A stretch of 64,000 nt of DNA from a virus: positions 24,493 to 88,492 of IMG/VR virus record IMGVR_UViG_3300012533_000003. The stretch is one strand, 5' to 3'. This document shows positions 40,315 through 51,046 of the stretch, one piece after another. The position numbers and the translations under genes are program-made. Under the pieces are notes generated by a model. That model was not told where the DNA came from and searched no databases. It saw only the letters and a program-made list of their open reading frames with translations. How positions within the stretch are numbered: the first letter of the stretch is position 1; the number at the start of each line of letters is the position of its first letter.

Positions 40315-40901
40315 TCTTGAGTCTCGATCAATCTTTAACGCATACAGGATATGCTTGCATTGCTTCTGATGGAACAAATTGGTATTGGTTTGAAACAGGA
40401 ATAATTAAACCAAAGCAGAAAGGAATTCATAGACTTCAATTTATTCAATTTGAATTGAAACAAATTATTTCAAGATTGCAGCCGGTGTTTCTCTCTAGAG
40501 AGTTACACAATCACGCAATTATGGGAAATGCAAACGGACTTCATGAACTGAACGGAGTTATTGATCTTCTTGCATATGATTTTCGATATATTGAATCTAA
40601 TAGCTATTCAAGAATCCCATCTGGCATGTGGAAAAAATATTGTTTAGGAAAAGGAAATATTTCAAAAGACACATCTTATATGATGAAAATCAATAGTTGT
40701 ATTCAATCTTCTCTTGATTTTGTAAAAGATCCAAAATGTATCGTTCAGAATATTACAGATGATAACATAGGTGATGCAGTTTGTATGGCTTTGACGACAA
40801 TAGCAATTCAAAAGAAGAAAAGCGGAAAATTCAAAGGGACAAAGATACAAGAAGACTCTCTTAAAGATTACCAAAAGTGCATTAGCTATGGCGATGAATG
40901 A
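40302..40901 (+). CDS. RuvC-like Holliday junction resolvase
   Basis: LSLDQSLTHTGY, E, WKK...GKGN..K, DNIGDA. Confidence 0.75.
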   Translation: MQTVILSLDQSLTHTGYACIASDGTNWYWFETGIIKPKQKGIHRLQFIQFELKQIISRLQPVFLSRELHNHAIMGNANGLHELNGVIDLLAYDFRYIESNSYSRIPSGMWKKYCLGKGNISKDTSYMMKINSCIQSSLDFVKDPKCIVQNITDDNIGDAVCMALTTIAIQKKKSGKFKGTKIQEDSLKDYQKCISYGDE

Positions 40902-40929
40902 AATATCTGTCTCTTCCTATTAGAGGCGA

Positions 40930-43089
40930 TTGAAAATGAAATTGAAGAGATTGATTCTAACTGATTATCAAATCTTCAAACATGTTGATATTGATTTTGA
41001 AAACGTAAAGTTATCTTCTATCATTGGAAGATGGAAATCTGATTCTAGAAGGAGCAACGGTAGTGGGAAAAGCTCTTTAATTGAATCAATCAGGACTGCT
41101 CTTTTCAATACGCAGCGCGGCAAATCAAAAGAAGATGCGATACGGCATGGCGCTGCGAGATATGCCATCGATCTTACTGTCGAAGCCAATGGGCAAACGC
41201 TACAAGTGCAGCGCTCGCGCGCGAGAGATGGCACTTCTCAAGCTAAGATCTGGGTTAACGGCAAGCTAGCCGGAGACCAAACCCGCGTAGTAGATGCGCA
41301 AGTTAGAACATATCTTGGAATAGATGATGAGTTATTTGATTTAATCTACTTCTTTAAGCAAGATGATCAGACAAAATTCGTTCAATCTTCTCCGAGCGAG
41401 AGGAAGAATTATCTTGGAAGAATTTTTGATATGTCGTCTTGTGATAAATGCCAAGAAGAAGCTAAATTAAGATATTCAAACACATTTAATCTGATTAATC
41501 AAATCAACGGATCAATTACTGCATATAAGAATCAGATTTTACAGACAGAAGATGATAATATTTTAAGAGAAAAAATTGAAGAATTGAATGATTCCCTCTA
41601 TCGTTTAGAAAACTTAAACGATGCAGACGACACATACCTTCAAGATTTTTATGTTTCTGAACATGTATTTAATGATCTTTTTGAACAGTTCTGTTTAGAA
41701 ATTGAAGGAGAGATTAAGACTCTTCAAAACGTCGAAGATGCAATTCAAAACTCTATTCATAGAATTGTTCAATTAAAATCTGATTTGCAAAGAGCGCAGT
41801 CAATCAATGATCATAATTCTAGAATAGTAAAACAACTTGAGCCGTCTCTTGCATTAGCTCAAGCTGAGAAAGTTGACTATGGTCCGCAAATATCTGAATT
41901 GAATTTAAAGATCTCTGTTGCAGAGTTGGCTTATGCTGAAAAATGTGTTGAACTCAAGAATGCGAAGAGCTTTACGGTTAGTTCAATTGAGCCTGGATCT
42001 AAGTGTCCGACATGTAAACAGGAGATTCCTCATAAACATTTTAACGATTTGAAACTTCAATACATTGAGGCTTCAAAGAAAATCGAACAGGGCGTTAAGT
42101 CTGAAAAAGAACTCGTCGATAGATTGAAAAATGATCTTGAAAAGATTAAACAACTGAAGAAAAATCTCGAAGATGTATATGAAAATATTCATCGATATAA
42201 TGATGCGTCAAAGTCCTTGAAAGAATCATCCTCTCTTCTTAGATCAATTGAAAAACAAATTGACGATCTTGAATTAGAAAAAAAGAAGGCTTGCGAAATG
42301 CAGGCTATGATTGTTTCAAATTCTCATGTTTCGATTTCTCCTTCTATTAAAGCATCTCTTGAAAATATCAAACGCGGAATAACAAACATCAAACAATATT
42401 TTTCAAATAAGAAGTCTTCTTTTACTTCGAAGAAGATTGCAATTTCAACTGAAATCAATTTAATAGAATCAAAAATTGATCAGAAGAAATCTTTGATTCA
42501 AAAAGTAAAAGAATCAGAAGAAAAATTGATTGTTTTGAATAGACAGCTAGAAGCATATAAAATTCTCATTGATGTATTTAGCAAGAATGGAATTCAGGCA
42601 ATTATGATTGAGAATGTCGTTGGAACAATCGAACAATTTGCTAATTCAATCTTAAAAGATATGCATACAAGATTTTCAATTAAATTGAAAACACAGAAGC
42701 AAATTCAAAGCGGAGAAAATAGAGAGACACTCGATATCATTGTATATGATAACGGTTCTGAAAGAGCATACGAGTCATATAGCGGCGGCGAAAGAACAAT
42801 GATCAACCTTGCAATGCGTCTTGCATTGTCGAGAATAGTTTCTTCTCAACACGGAATAAAGATTCAAAGTCTTTTCTTGGATGAAGTTTTGGCTTCCTTA
42901 GATGAAGTCAATAGAGAAGATGCAATTCGTATCATTGCATACCTATCAAAGTCTTTCGATCAGGTATATGTTATCAGTCACGTTGATGTTATCAAAGATA
43001 TTATCCCAAGTAATATCTTGATTACAAGACACGAAGATCACAGCACTGTAGAGATCAAAAATGACAGCATCCACTCCTCTGCCGCCTAA
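40930..43089 (+). CDS. sbcC: SbcC/Rad50 ATPase
   Basis: NGSGKSS, CPTC hook, YSGGE, FLDE, ISH. Confidence 0.92.
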   Translation: MKMKLKRLILTDYQIFKHVDIDFENVKLSSIIGRWKSDSRRSNGSGKSSLIESIRTALFNTQRGKSKEDAIRHGAARYAIDLTVEANGQTLQVQRSRARDGTSQAKIWVNGKLAGDQTRVVDAQVRTYLGIDDELFDLIYFFKQDDQTKFVQSSPSERKNYLGRIFDMSSCDKCQEEAKLRYSNTFNLINQINGSITAYKNQILQTEDDNILREKIEELNDSLYRLENLNDADDTYLQDFYVSEHVFNDLFEQFCLEIEGEIKTLQNVEDAIQNSIHRIVQLKSDLQRAQSINDHNSRIVKQLEPSLALAQAEKVDYGPQISELNLKISVAELAYAEKCVELKNAKSFTVSSIEPGSKCPTCKQEIPHKHFNDLKLQYIEASKKIEQGVKSEKELVDRLKNDLEKIKQLKKNLEDVYENIHRYNDASKSLKESSSLLRSIEKQIDDLELEKKKACEMQAMIVSNSHVSISPSIKASLENIKRGITNIKQYFSNKKSSFTSKKIAISTEINLIESKIDQKKSLIQKVKESEEKLIVLNRQLEAYKILIDVFSKNGIQAIMIENVVGTIEQFANSILKDMHTRFSIKLKTQKQIQSGENRETLDIIVYDNGSERAYESYSGGERTMINLAMRLALSRIVSSQHGIKIQSLFLDEVLASLDEVNREDAIRIIAYLSKSFDQVYVISHVDVIKDIIPSNILITRHEDHSTVEIKNDSIHSSAA

Positions 43090-43880
43090 TCCTGTTCCTG
43101 TTCTTTCTCCAAAAGATTCCATTAAGTCCCCTGACGAATACCAGAGTCTTAATGGGGCGGTGAAGGTTACTGTTGACGATAAGTTTATTAAGATTGATCT
43201 CGACAGAATGCTCGCAGATCATGTTGGCAGTTTTAGAAACAGCAATAGAATCGTCATTCAATTCAGAAAAGATGGCAAAGGGGTTCCTGATACGACAGGG
43301 TATAGTAAGTGACAAAAGTTTCGATAGTCATTAGGGTTACATATGATGATGTTGACGTTGCAAAGTCTGATTCAAATGAGCCTGAATTGGTTGCCGGTAT
43401 AAGGGTTGATCATGGTGTTCTTTTTGATAAAGATTCTTTTTACGGTTGCGTTCTTTCCGGAGCAGAAACTCTTTTTTCAAAATTAAAAAATGGAAATCGA
43501 CAAGAAGCTTCAAATCCTGTTTGAAAAATTCAAGGCTAATATAAAGAAGTCTGACTATGATATTCATTTGATGACTGCAAATCAATTTATCAACGTCCTT
43601 GGAAAATCTCTTGCAGAGAGTGATCTTCATCTTCAAAGTTACGTGAAGTCAAAGTCTGAAGGGAGAATCGATGAGTGAACAACAGATTGCTGAGAATATG
43701 TCTCAAGGGAAAGGCATTGTCGAAAAGAAGGATTTTGTTGTTGTTGGAATGAACAAGTCTGACAGAGATCATCCTGAAATAAAGGGCTATGATAAACCAG
43801 GTCCCGGTCGACCTGCCAGAGATCAGAATTGGAGAATTGTTGGAGCAAGTAAATCCGACAAGGAATCTTCCGGAGATTGA
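43061..43880 (+). CDS. Four small coupled hypothetical ORFs (43061-43312, 43309-43524, 43490-43678, 43671-43880)
   Basis: Overlapping start/stop chain. Confidence 0.5.
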
Positions 43881-44980
43881 ACCAAGATCATAATTTATAT
43901 GATGTGATTAAAAGGATTCAGAACGGAGACACTGAATCCTTTTGGTTATTTACTGAGCATCATAAAATAAAGATGATAGTCAAGTCAAGGATTGCCTTCT
44001 ACAGAAGGGCTTTTCATTGGCTACATCAAGAAGATTTCGACGATATAGAGTTTGGTCTAAGACCAAGATTAATTGAACTTGCAAAAGAGTTCTGTCTTCC
44101 AGAAGAAAGACTTGAAGCAAAAGTCGTATCATATTTTTGTTTGAGAATAAAAGGTGAAGCCGATAGTCTTTTGAAATCTGTCACTGGGATGAAACAGATG
44201 ACAGATCCAAGCGGAAAATCATATTTTTTCTTAAATCAAGAATCTTTAAACTCACTTGACAGATTGCCGATTGAAAATACAGATAGGCTTCTTCTAGGAG
44301 ATTCATGCTTTATAGTTGACAAAGATATTATTGAAGATATTGAAGATACAAGGCAAAGAAACCTTCTTTCAAAGATTATCGACTCATACCCTGTGGATTC
44401 AACAGAAAGAATCTGGCTCAATTGCTATATATATAAAATTCAAGGTCTAACCTGGGAAGAAATAGCAAAGAAAATAGAATATAGTCATACTGATTATGTT
44501 TTTTTGAAAGATAACACTTGTAGATTCGTAAATAGATTGAAAGATAAACTTATTCATATGGGAGAAAATATCAATTGTAAAATACTTGGAATCTATACTG
44601 ACGTTTCTGATATTGGTATGTGCATATTAGACTATCAATCCGAAAGGTTTGATATAATCTGGTCAAAAAAATACGATCAATTTTCTGATCTTGATAAGAT
44701 AGAAGCAAAACTCGGCGATATCTTTAGACAATTTGAAATATCATATGTTGTTTTAAATCAGAATATTGTTGATAACAGAGCATACGTGATAGCAATGAGA
44801 TATCTAACAAAAAGAGAATCATATGTAGAAGAAATTGATTTAAAAATCTTCAAAAGATTACTTCAGCCACATCATCTTGCGATCCAAGGTCAATCCGTTG
44901 ATCATTGGCAAAGACAGGCGTATATAATTGCTAGAATAAAATCAGCACAATTAAAATGGGTATCTGAAAATGCAAGATGA
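43877..44980 (+). CDS. Sigma-factor-like protein fused to a degenerate RuvC/RNase H-fold domain
   Basis: VIKRIQNGDTESF; HTH GLTWEEIAKKIEYS; then KILGIYTD..IGMCIL...YVVLN. Confidence 0.5.
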   Translation: MNQDHNLYDVIKRIQNGDTESFWLFTEHHKIKMIVKSRIAFYRRAFHWLHQEDFDDIEFGLRPRLIELAKEFCLPEERLEAKVVSYFCLRIKGEADSLLKSVTGMKQMTDPSGKSYFFLNQESLNSLDRLPIENTDRLLLGDSCFIVDKDIIEDIEDTRQRNLLSKIIDSYPVDSTERIWLNCYIYKIQGLTWEEIAKKIEYSHTDYVFLKDNTCRFVNRLKDKLIHMGENINCKILGIYTDVSDIGMCILDYQSERFDIIWSKKYDQFSDLDKIEAKLGDIFRQFEISYVVLNQNIVDNRAYVIAMRYLTKRESYVEEIDLKIFKRLLQPHHLAIQGQSVDHWQRQAYIIARIKSAQLKWVSENAR

Positions 44981-45206
44981 ATTATTCAAATATCAAGTTA
45001 TTGGATATCTAAAATCTATTAATGATATTCTTCAAACGATGCTTGATAATGGATCAAAAAAAGAAGAAAAAATTGAGATTTCTATCGATAAATCGACAGG
45101 GTCGTGCCCGAACTGCGAAGCTCTGCATGTCTCAATGAATTTAACCGCTGATCAAAAATCTATCTACGAATGTCTTGATTGCCATTTTGTCTGGGTAAAC
45201 AATTGA
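44970..45206 (+). CDS. Small Zn-ribbon protein
   Basis: CPNC...CLDC. Confidence 0.6.
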   Translation: MQDELFKYQVIGYLKSINDILQTMLDNGSKKEEKIEISIDKSTGSCPNCEALHVSMNLTADQKSIYECLDCHFVWVNN

Positions 45207-46102
45207 AGAACGAGACTCTTGACAGAAATCAACTTCCGCAAAGTATTGACAAACTCTTTCATTATATTTTTTCTCATACGAAGAAACAATGCGAAGTGAT
45301 TTGTAGTTTAAATAAAGTTGAGGTCTTTAGAAAGAAATACGATGCACCAGAATCGATTTCTATCAGTCCTACTCTCTACACAAGAATTGACTCGTGCCAT
45401 GGGGCTGGTAATTGCTGTCGTGTTCCTTTTGATCTCATATATACTTCTTTTGACTATCGCAGGATTGTTGAATACAATCATGACTCTGCGAGATTTCTTT
45501 TTGGAGAAAGTTCTGCGAATTCGTTTTTAAGATCAAGAGATGATCTTTTAAAGACACTTGAAAAGGCGATTGTTAGAATTAATATTGATGGAAAAGAAAT
45601 TAGATCAGATCTCTACATTAAAAGAAATAGAGCGCTTAGTCAAATGAGCGGCAATTATTCTTGCCCGTATCTTGTGATGAGCAAAGATAGATATTTCTGC
45701 GGAGTTCATCCATTTAAACCTCTTCATTGTTGGTATCCTCATATGACTGTGAACGTTTTAGAAAGAGAAAACTCTCCTTCAACTGTCGCCATTGGAAGAA
45801 GGCAATATGGCAGGAATCATAAGTTCGGATGTCCTGTTTTATTTACATCTCCAAATGAAGAAACAGGAGATATAGTCGATCAATCATTTGATTATCTTAA
45901 AGAACAGTTCAAAAGCGATGTCGATAAACTTAAGTGGACTTCTGACTCTGCGATCTCTCTTGGGATAACAAAAGAAGATAATTTTGCATGTCAAATATCT
46001 TCTGTGTTTGAAGAAAATCGTTCACAGATTAAATATAATCTTGAAAGAAAAGCATACGAACAAATAATTCTTTGGAAGAAGAATTCAAATTCATTGTTTT
46101 GA
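45203..46102 (+). CDS. Cys-cluster protein (YkgJ/CxxCxxCC-like)
   Basis: CHGAGNCC...CPYL...CGVHPFKPLHCWYP; TTG 45203 overlaps upstream stop. Confidence 0.65.
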   Translation: MKNETLDRNQLPQSIDKLFHYIFSHTKKQCEVICSLNKVEVFRKKYDAPESISISPTLYTRIDSCHGAGNCCRVPFDLIYTSFDYRRIVEYNHDSARFLFGESSANSFLRSRDDLLKTLEKAIVRINIDGKEIRSDLYIKRNRALSQMSGNYSCPYLVMSKDRYFCGVHPFKPLHCWYPHMTVNVLERENSPSTVAIGRRQYGRNHKFGCPVLFTSPNEETGDIVDQSFDYLKEQFKSDVDKLKWTSDSAISLGITKEDNFACQISSVFEENRSQIKYNLERKAYEQIILWKKNSNSLF

Positions 46103-46129
46103 AATTTAGTATTAACTGAAGAGGTTAAA

Positions 46130-47053
46130 TTGTTTAGAAAAAACAGCAGCGTTAAAGTCTTCACAGAATCAAAAGATTCTGTTACGATTGATCAAAAAGT
46201 CGTTATCGGTATGCTTGCGATCGATTGCTGGGAATATACAAAAGCAGCAATTGAATCGATCAGAAGTAAGTGTAGATCTGTCACGTTTGTTTATGTTGAT
46301 AATGGAAGTGAAAAGTCTGTCGTTGAACAGATTAAGAAATACTTTTCTCAGAATCTAAAAACAATCAATCGAGATATTGATAATATTGAACTGATCTTTA
46401 ATGGTGAAAATATTGGCGTTGCCAAGGGATGGAATCAAGTTATTCAAAAAGCTCTTGATATAAACGTAGACAAGATTCTCATTTCAAATAATGATGTGGT
46501 GTATTCTCAACATACTGTTGATGGTTGTGTTGAAGCATATGATAGAATCAAGATGGAAGATGAAAGAACTGTAATGGTCACTGCTTCGAATATTGGCCGT
46601 GATCCTAATCAGTTATCTTCAGTTAAACAGAAATGGAGCTATTCAGAATGTCCTGATTTCTCTTGTTTTATGATTACTCCTGATACAGTTAAAAAGATTG
46701 GAATGATGGATACATATTATATTCCTGCATATTTTGAAGACAATCATCATCATTGGAAGATTCTTCTTCAGGGATATAAGGCATACGGATGCACATGGGC
46801 TCCGTATTGTCATATTTCAAGCAGAACAAGAATGAGTCATCCTGATCTTGTTACTCATGAGATTTTTAGGACGAATAGAAAGAAGTTTGCTTCGTTAATG
46901 AACGCAAATGATGTTGATCAAAACATTGCGGTCTATCGATATGAACAATGGCTCGCTGCACATCCGCTCGATCCTCATCCTTATTGGAAAGATATTTTGA
47001 ATTGGTGCAGAGAAAATGGCAAACTTTATCATCCTGATTCGAAGAAAAAGTAG
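46130..47053 (+). CDS. GT2-family glycosyltransferase
   Basis: VDNGS, NIGVAKGWN, NND, YFED. Confidence 0.85.
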   Translation: MFRKNSSVKVFTESKDSVTIDQKVVIGMLAIDCWEYTKAAIESIRSKCRSVTFVYVDNGSEKSVVEQIKKYFSQNLKTINRDIDNIELIFNGENIGVAKGWNQVIQKALDINVDKILISNNDVVYSQHTVDGCVEAYDRIKMEDERTVMVTASNIGRDPNQLSSVKQKWSYSECPDFSCFMITPDTVKKIGMMDTYYIPAYFEDNHHHWKILLQGYKAYGCTWAPYCHISSRTRMSHPDLVTHEIFRTNRKKFASLMNANDVDQNIAVYRYEQWLAAHPLDPHPYWKDILNWCRENGKLYHPDSKKK

Positions 47054-48021
47054 TGAATATTCTTTTTGTTGCTCCGGGATTTGATTACCTCAGTTCAGTC
47101 TTAAAAGAAGGTCTTCATCTTCATTCAAAGATAAATAGCGATATTAAATTCAAATGCACAACAGGAAACGACCATCATAGTAATAGAATGAACGATCTAA
47201 CTCCTGTTAGCGAACAGGAGTTTCTTGATAACATTTCATGGGCCGATGTTCTAGCTTTTTCTTCTGCCGGAAATATGTTTCAGTGGTCAGAAAAAGAAAA
47301 AAGAATACTTGACGAACCTGCTTTTAAAAAGAAGAGAGTGTTTGTTGACGGATGTGATTCGAATGAAATTTTAATTAATCCTGCAAAGCAATCAATCTAT
47401 TTTAAGAGAGAACTGAGATACCCTCAATGTTTTGAATATCCTGTGACAAATATAAGATCGCTTCTGTTTGGCATCTATCAATATCACACTGAATTATGGG
47501 AAGATCCGGAAAACATTGACTATGTTTCTGAATTTAATAAAAGAGATATTGATGTCTCTTTTGTTTGCTTCAGTGGAAGCAATCCGATAAGAAGAGTTTG
47601 CCATAATGTCCTCGGAGAAATTAATGGGCAGAAAGGATTAAATATAGTTACAAAGATTTCTGATACAGAGCAACCGGTCAAAAAAGAAGAATATGATGAT
47701 ATTCTCAATAGATCAAAGATCTCTGTATCGATGATTGGTGCAGGATTAGACACTCTTAGGTTCTGGGAAATTCCTGCAAGGGGCTCTGTCCTTTGCTCGT
47801 TTGCAATTCAAGATATATTGATGTGCCGTAACATGTTTGAGATAGATCGGCACTGTATATACTTTAAGAAATGGGAAGAAATGGTGTCCGGTATTGCAAA
47901 AGTCGTATTTGATCCTATGCGTTGGATAAAAATGAGAAAGGCTTGTGACCATGCTCGATATCAGCACACAAGCGTTGCAAGAGCAGACGAATTTATCAGA
48001 ATCTGTAAGGAGATGTTATGA
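47053..48021 (+). CDS. GT-B glycosyltransferase (CgeB-like)
   Basis: YFKRE, RDIDVSF, LNRSKI, DTLRFWEI. Confidence 0.7.
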   Translation: MNILFVAPGFDYLSSVLKEGLHLHSKINSDIKFKCTTGNDHHSNRMNDLTPVSEQEFLDNISWADVLAFSSAGNMFQWSEKEKRILDEPAFKKKRVFVDGCDSNEILINPAKQSIYFKRELRYPQCFEYPVTNIRSLLFGIYQYHTELWEDPENIDYVSEFNKRDIDVSFVCFSGSNPIRRVCHNVLGEINGQKGLNIVTKISDTEQPVKKEEYDDILNRSKISVSMIGAGLDTLRFWEIPARGSVLCSFAIQDILMCRNMFEIDRHCIYFKKWEEMVSGIAKVVFDPMRWIKMRKACDHARYQHTSVARADEFIRICKEML

Positions 48022-48242
48022 TTAGACACGAAATTATTTCAATGATCAAAGAAGCAATCAGGAAGGCGATCGAAGAAGGACATCAGCCTGAAGAAATTGC
48101 TTTTGAAATTGATAAGATTTATTCTGAATCTGCATTTAAACCATCATATTTGCATCATGGTTACGAAGAAAGATGGATCAGCTCTGATATTGGTAAGCCG
48201 ATGTATCGACCTCAGTTCAAGCCTTTGAATGTAAATGCGTAA
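48018..48242 (+). CDS. Small hypothetical protein
   Basis: Coupled 74-aa ORF. Confidence 0.5.
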   Translation: MIRHEIISMIKEAIRKAIEEGHQPEEIAFEIDKIYSESAFKPSYLHHGYEERWISSDIGKPMYRPQFKPLNVNA

Positions 48243-49047
48243 GTTTCGTCTAATAATTCCAGTCCTAAATCAATTCGATTCTGTTGATAGATACGTTTCG
48301 TCTTTCTGCAATCTTGCGAAGAGACCGATTGATATACTTTTAATCGACAATGGAAGTAGCGAACAACTCGTAAGGACTGATGTTGTTTCAAAGATTAATC
48401 AAGACGGACATAATATTTTTTGTCTTCGACTTGAAAAGAATGTCGGAGTCTATCCGACATTTCAAATAGGCGCGAATACATCTGAAGAGTGGGAATACCT
48501 TTTCTATTCTCATAGCGATGTTGAGATGTTTGAAGACGAATGGGATATCAAACTTGAAGATATCCTAACAGAACTTGAGAATAATGCCAATCCTGGTATC
48601 TGCGGGATGTTTGGCGCTAGAGGGATTGGAACTCCTAATATCTATAAAGCTCCATATGATTTTAGGCAGCTGATGAGATGGGATACATATACAAATGAAA
48701 TGATGTTGCATGCCGGAGGAAAATTAATCCCTGGCGCATACAAACGAATCATGGTCCTTGACGGATTTAGTTTGATTTGCAGTAGGGATTTTATCAGAGT
48801 GGTTGGATTCAATACGGACGACTATCCTGTTCATCATAATTATGATAATCGAATCTGCCTTCAATCTCATTTTGCAGGATTTGAAAATTATGTTTTGAAT
48901 ATTAACTGCATCCATCATGGTGGAGTTACAAGCACTAGGGAAAAGTGGGCAGAAAAAATGGGGAGGACTGATCTAGAAATTCATCGTGAAGCACATCGCA
49001 TAATGTATGAAGAGTTTAAAGGAAGACTTCCTGCATTCGTAGAATGA
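48235..49047 (+). CDS. GT2-family glycosyltransferase
   Basis: IIPVLN, IDNGS, NVGV, HSD, LDG. Confidence 0.8.
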   Translation: MRKFRLIIPVLNQFDSVDRYVSSFCNLAKRPIDILLIDNGSSEQLVRTDVVSKINQDGHNIFCLRLEKNVGVYPTFQIGANTSEEWEYLFYSHSDVEMFEDEWDIKLEDILTELENNANPGICGMFGARGIGTPNIYKAPYDFRQLMRWDTYTNEMMLHAGGKLIPGAYKRIMVLDGFSLICSRDFIRVVGFNTDDYPVHHNYDNRICLQSHFAGFENYVLNINCIHHGGVTSTREKWAEKMGRTDLEIHREAHRIMYEEFKGRLPAFVE

Positions 49048-49865
49048 TTCGTAATTTTCACAGCCCTGGGAGGTTAGGCGATATTATTTTTCAACTTTAT
49101 ACTGTAAAAATGTTGGAAGGAGGAAATTTTTATATCAGTTTATTTCATCAAGGAAATTGGAATAGAAAAATGATTGATTCAATTATCCCATTTATTAAAT
49201 ATCAAGAATATATTAATGATTCTAAGTTTATTGATCCGAATTATTTCGTAAATAAGGCGACTGATTGTTTTATTGACGGTAAGTTCGTTTTAATTGACTA
49301 CGATCTTCATGAAGCGGAATTAGATTTTAATCCTGATAAATTTCCTGAATGGCACAGAAAATACTGGCCAGGAAATTGTCATCTTGCGAAGAGATATGCC
49401 GTTCATTTTGGGATTGATTGGGATCCAGAATCTATCTGGTTAACAGCTCCAAAGACGAAATCTGTTGATGTTATTTTTCATGCTCCGATGAGAAGAGTTC
49501 GTAGTCAAGAAATGATACAGAGATTTTCTAGAATCTTAAGAAGGCTTTCTTCATACGGCTATTCCGTCACCATTCTTTCTGGAGAAAATGATAGAGATGA
49601 ATGGAAAACGCACGCAAAGGTAGCGAATATTGGAATTCGAACTCCAATAGATTTTCTTGAAACGTCTGATTATATCAATTCTGCAAAGGTATTTTTTGGA
49701 GCAGTCAGTTCATGCAATGCGATCGCAGAAGGACTGAAAAAGAATAGATTACTCTATCAAAAAGATGATTGTGATAATGTATATTCTGCCGGCAAGACAG
49801 GATTTAGAGTCAATGAATGGACAGAAGAAGAGATTTTCGATAAGATTGAAGAGTGTTTGAGATGA
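49044..49865 (+). CDS. GT9-like glycosyltransferase
   Basis: GRLGDI at N-terminus; FFGAVSS...IAEGL. Confidence 0.6.
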   Translation: MIRNFHSPGRLGDIIFQLYTVKMLEGGNFYISLFHQGNWNRKMIDSIIPFIKYQEYINDSKFIDPNYFVNKATDCFIDGKFVLIDYDLHEAELDFNPDKFPEWHRKYWPGNCHLAKRYAVHFGIDWDPESIWLTAPKTKSVDVIFHAPMRRVRSQEMIQRFSRILRRLSSYGYSVTILSGENDRDEWKTHAKVANIGIRTPIDFLETSDYINSAKVFFGAVSSCNAIAEGLKKNRLLYQKDDCDNVYSAGKTGFRVNEWTEEEIFDKIEECLR

Positions 49866-50503
49866 TTTCAATATTAGATATTTCAAATTCCTGTATAAGG
49901 AAAGAGATTGAAGTTCATTCTCATCATGTAGATGAAAAATCAGATTTATTTCATAGTTTCGACGGAGGATCGACTGAGATTGAATATTTAAATCTCTTAT
50001 CCTCTTTAATCGGAGTTTTAAAACCGAATGCTGTTCTTGAAACAGGATGTTATTTTGGATATGGAACTTCATTTATGGCGGCAGCTCTTAAGCAAAACGG
50101 ATTTGGAAAAATAATATCACTTGACTCTGATTTAAGAGCAATTGATATTGCAAAGAATAAATCGATTGAAAATAATGTTTCTGAATATATAGATTTCATT
50201 CATTGCGATTCTATCTCTTATCTTGAAAAAACGGATAATGTTTTTGATTTTTCTTTATTTGATTCTTTCTTGCCAATTAGGGCAGAAGAGTGCAAGATCT
50301 GTATCGAAAGAAAGTTAATGAAGTCAGGATCTGTCGTATCATTTCATGATAGTTCGAAATTGAGAACTCCTTGCAATGATTCTTCTAAGAGAGATCCGGA
50401 ATCAATTATATTTTGGCAGGAAATAGAAAAGATTAGGCATTATTTCTCTGATTTTTTTGAATTTCCTTTAAGTAGAGGTCTTTTGCTTTCAAAGATCAAA
50501 TGA
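49853..50503 (+). CDS. Class I SAM O-methyltransferase
   Basis: VLETGCYFGYGT, FDFSLFD, FHD; start uncertain. Confidence 0.8.
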   Translation: MFEMISILDISNSCIRKEIEVHSHHVDEKSDLFHSFDGGSTEIEYLNLLSSLIGVLKPNAVLETGCYFGYGTSFMAAALKQNGFGKIISLDSDLRAIDIAKNKSIENNVSEYIDFIHCDSISYLEKTDNVFDFSLFDSFLPIRAEECKICIERKLMKSGSVVSFHDSSKLRTPCNDSSKRDPESIIFWQEIEKIRHYFSDFFEFPLSRGLLLSKIK

Positions 50504-50509
50504 AAATAA

Positions 50510-51046
50510 ATGGAGTTTAAAATGAGCGATGTATTTGGAGTGTCATCAGCATGGAGAGGATTAGAAAGAATAGTTAAGAGCGATTTCATTGATGAAATTG
50601 GCGATTTAAAAACTATCGTTGAAATTGGAGTTGATTGGGGTTATAGTTTCTATACGTTTGCGACTCTTTTTCCGAATGCAAAAGTTTATGGATTTGACAA
50701 TGATTCATATCACCCAAGCGGATATTCATTTGTTGAAAGCCATCTCAATGAGTTTAAGAATGCATCTCTTCATAAATTAGAAAGTGCGGATGGCGTAAGT
50801 TGGTGGAAAGAAAATAATATGCCAGAGGTTGATGTTCTGCATATTGACGCAGATCATAGTTTCAATGGCGTAAAAAGAGATTTTGATTTATGGTCTCCGC
50901 TTGTTAGAAAGAACGGAGTTATTCTTTTTCATGATATCGAATCGTTCAGAGATGATGTTGGAAGATTTTTTTACGAAACTCTTTCTGGAAAGAAAAAGTT
51001 TACGACCCAGCATTGCGGCCTTGGGGCTTGGTATAATGAAAAGTAA
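50510..51046 (+). CDS. Class I SAM methyltransferase (Methyltransf_24-like)
   Basis: VEIGVDWGYS, HIDADH, GVILFHD. Confidence 0.85.
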   Translation: MEFKMSDVFGVSSAWRGLERIVKSDFIDEIGDLKTIVEIGVDWGYSFYTFATLFPNAKVYGFDNDSYHPSGYSFVESHLNEFKNASLHKLESADGVSWWKENNMPEVDVLHIDADHSFNGVKRDFDLWSPLVRKNGVILFHDIESFRDDVGRFFYETLSGKKKFTTQHCGLGAWYNEK

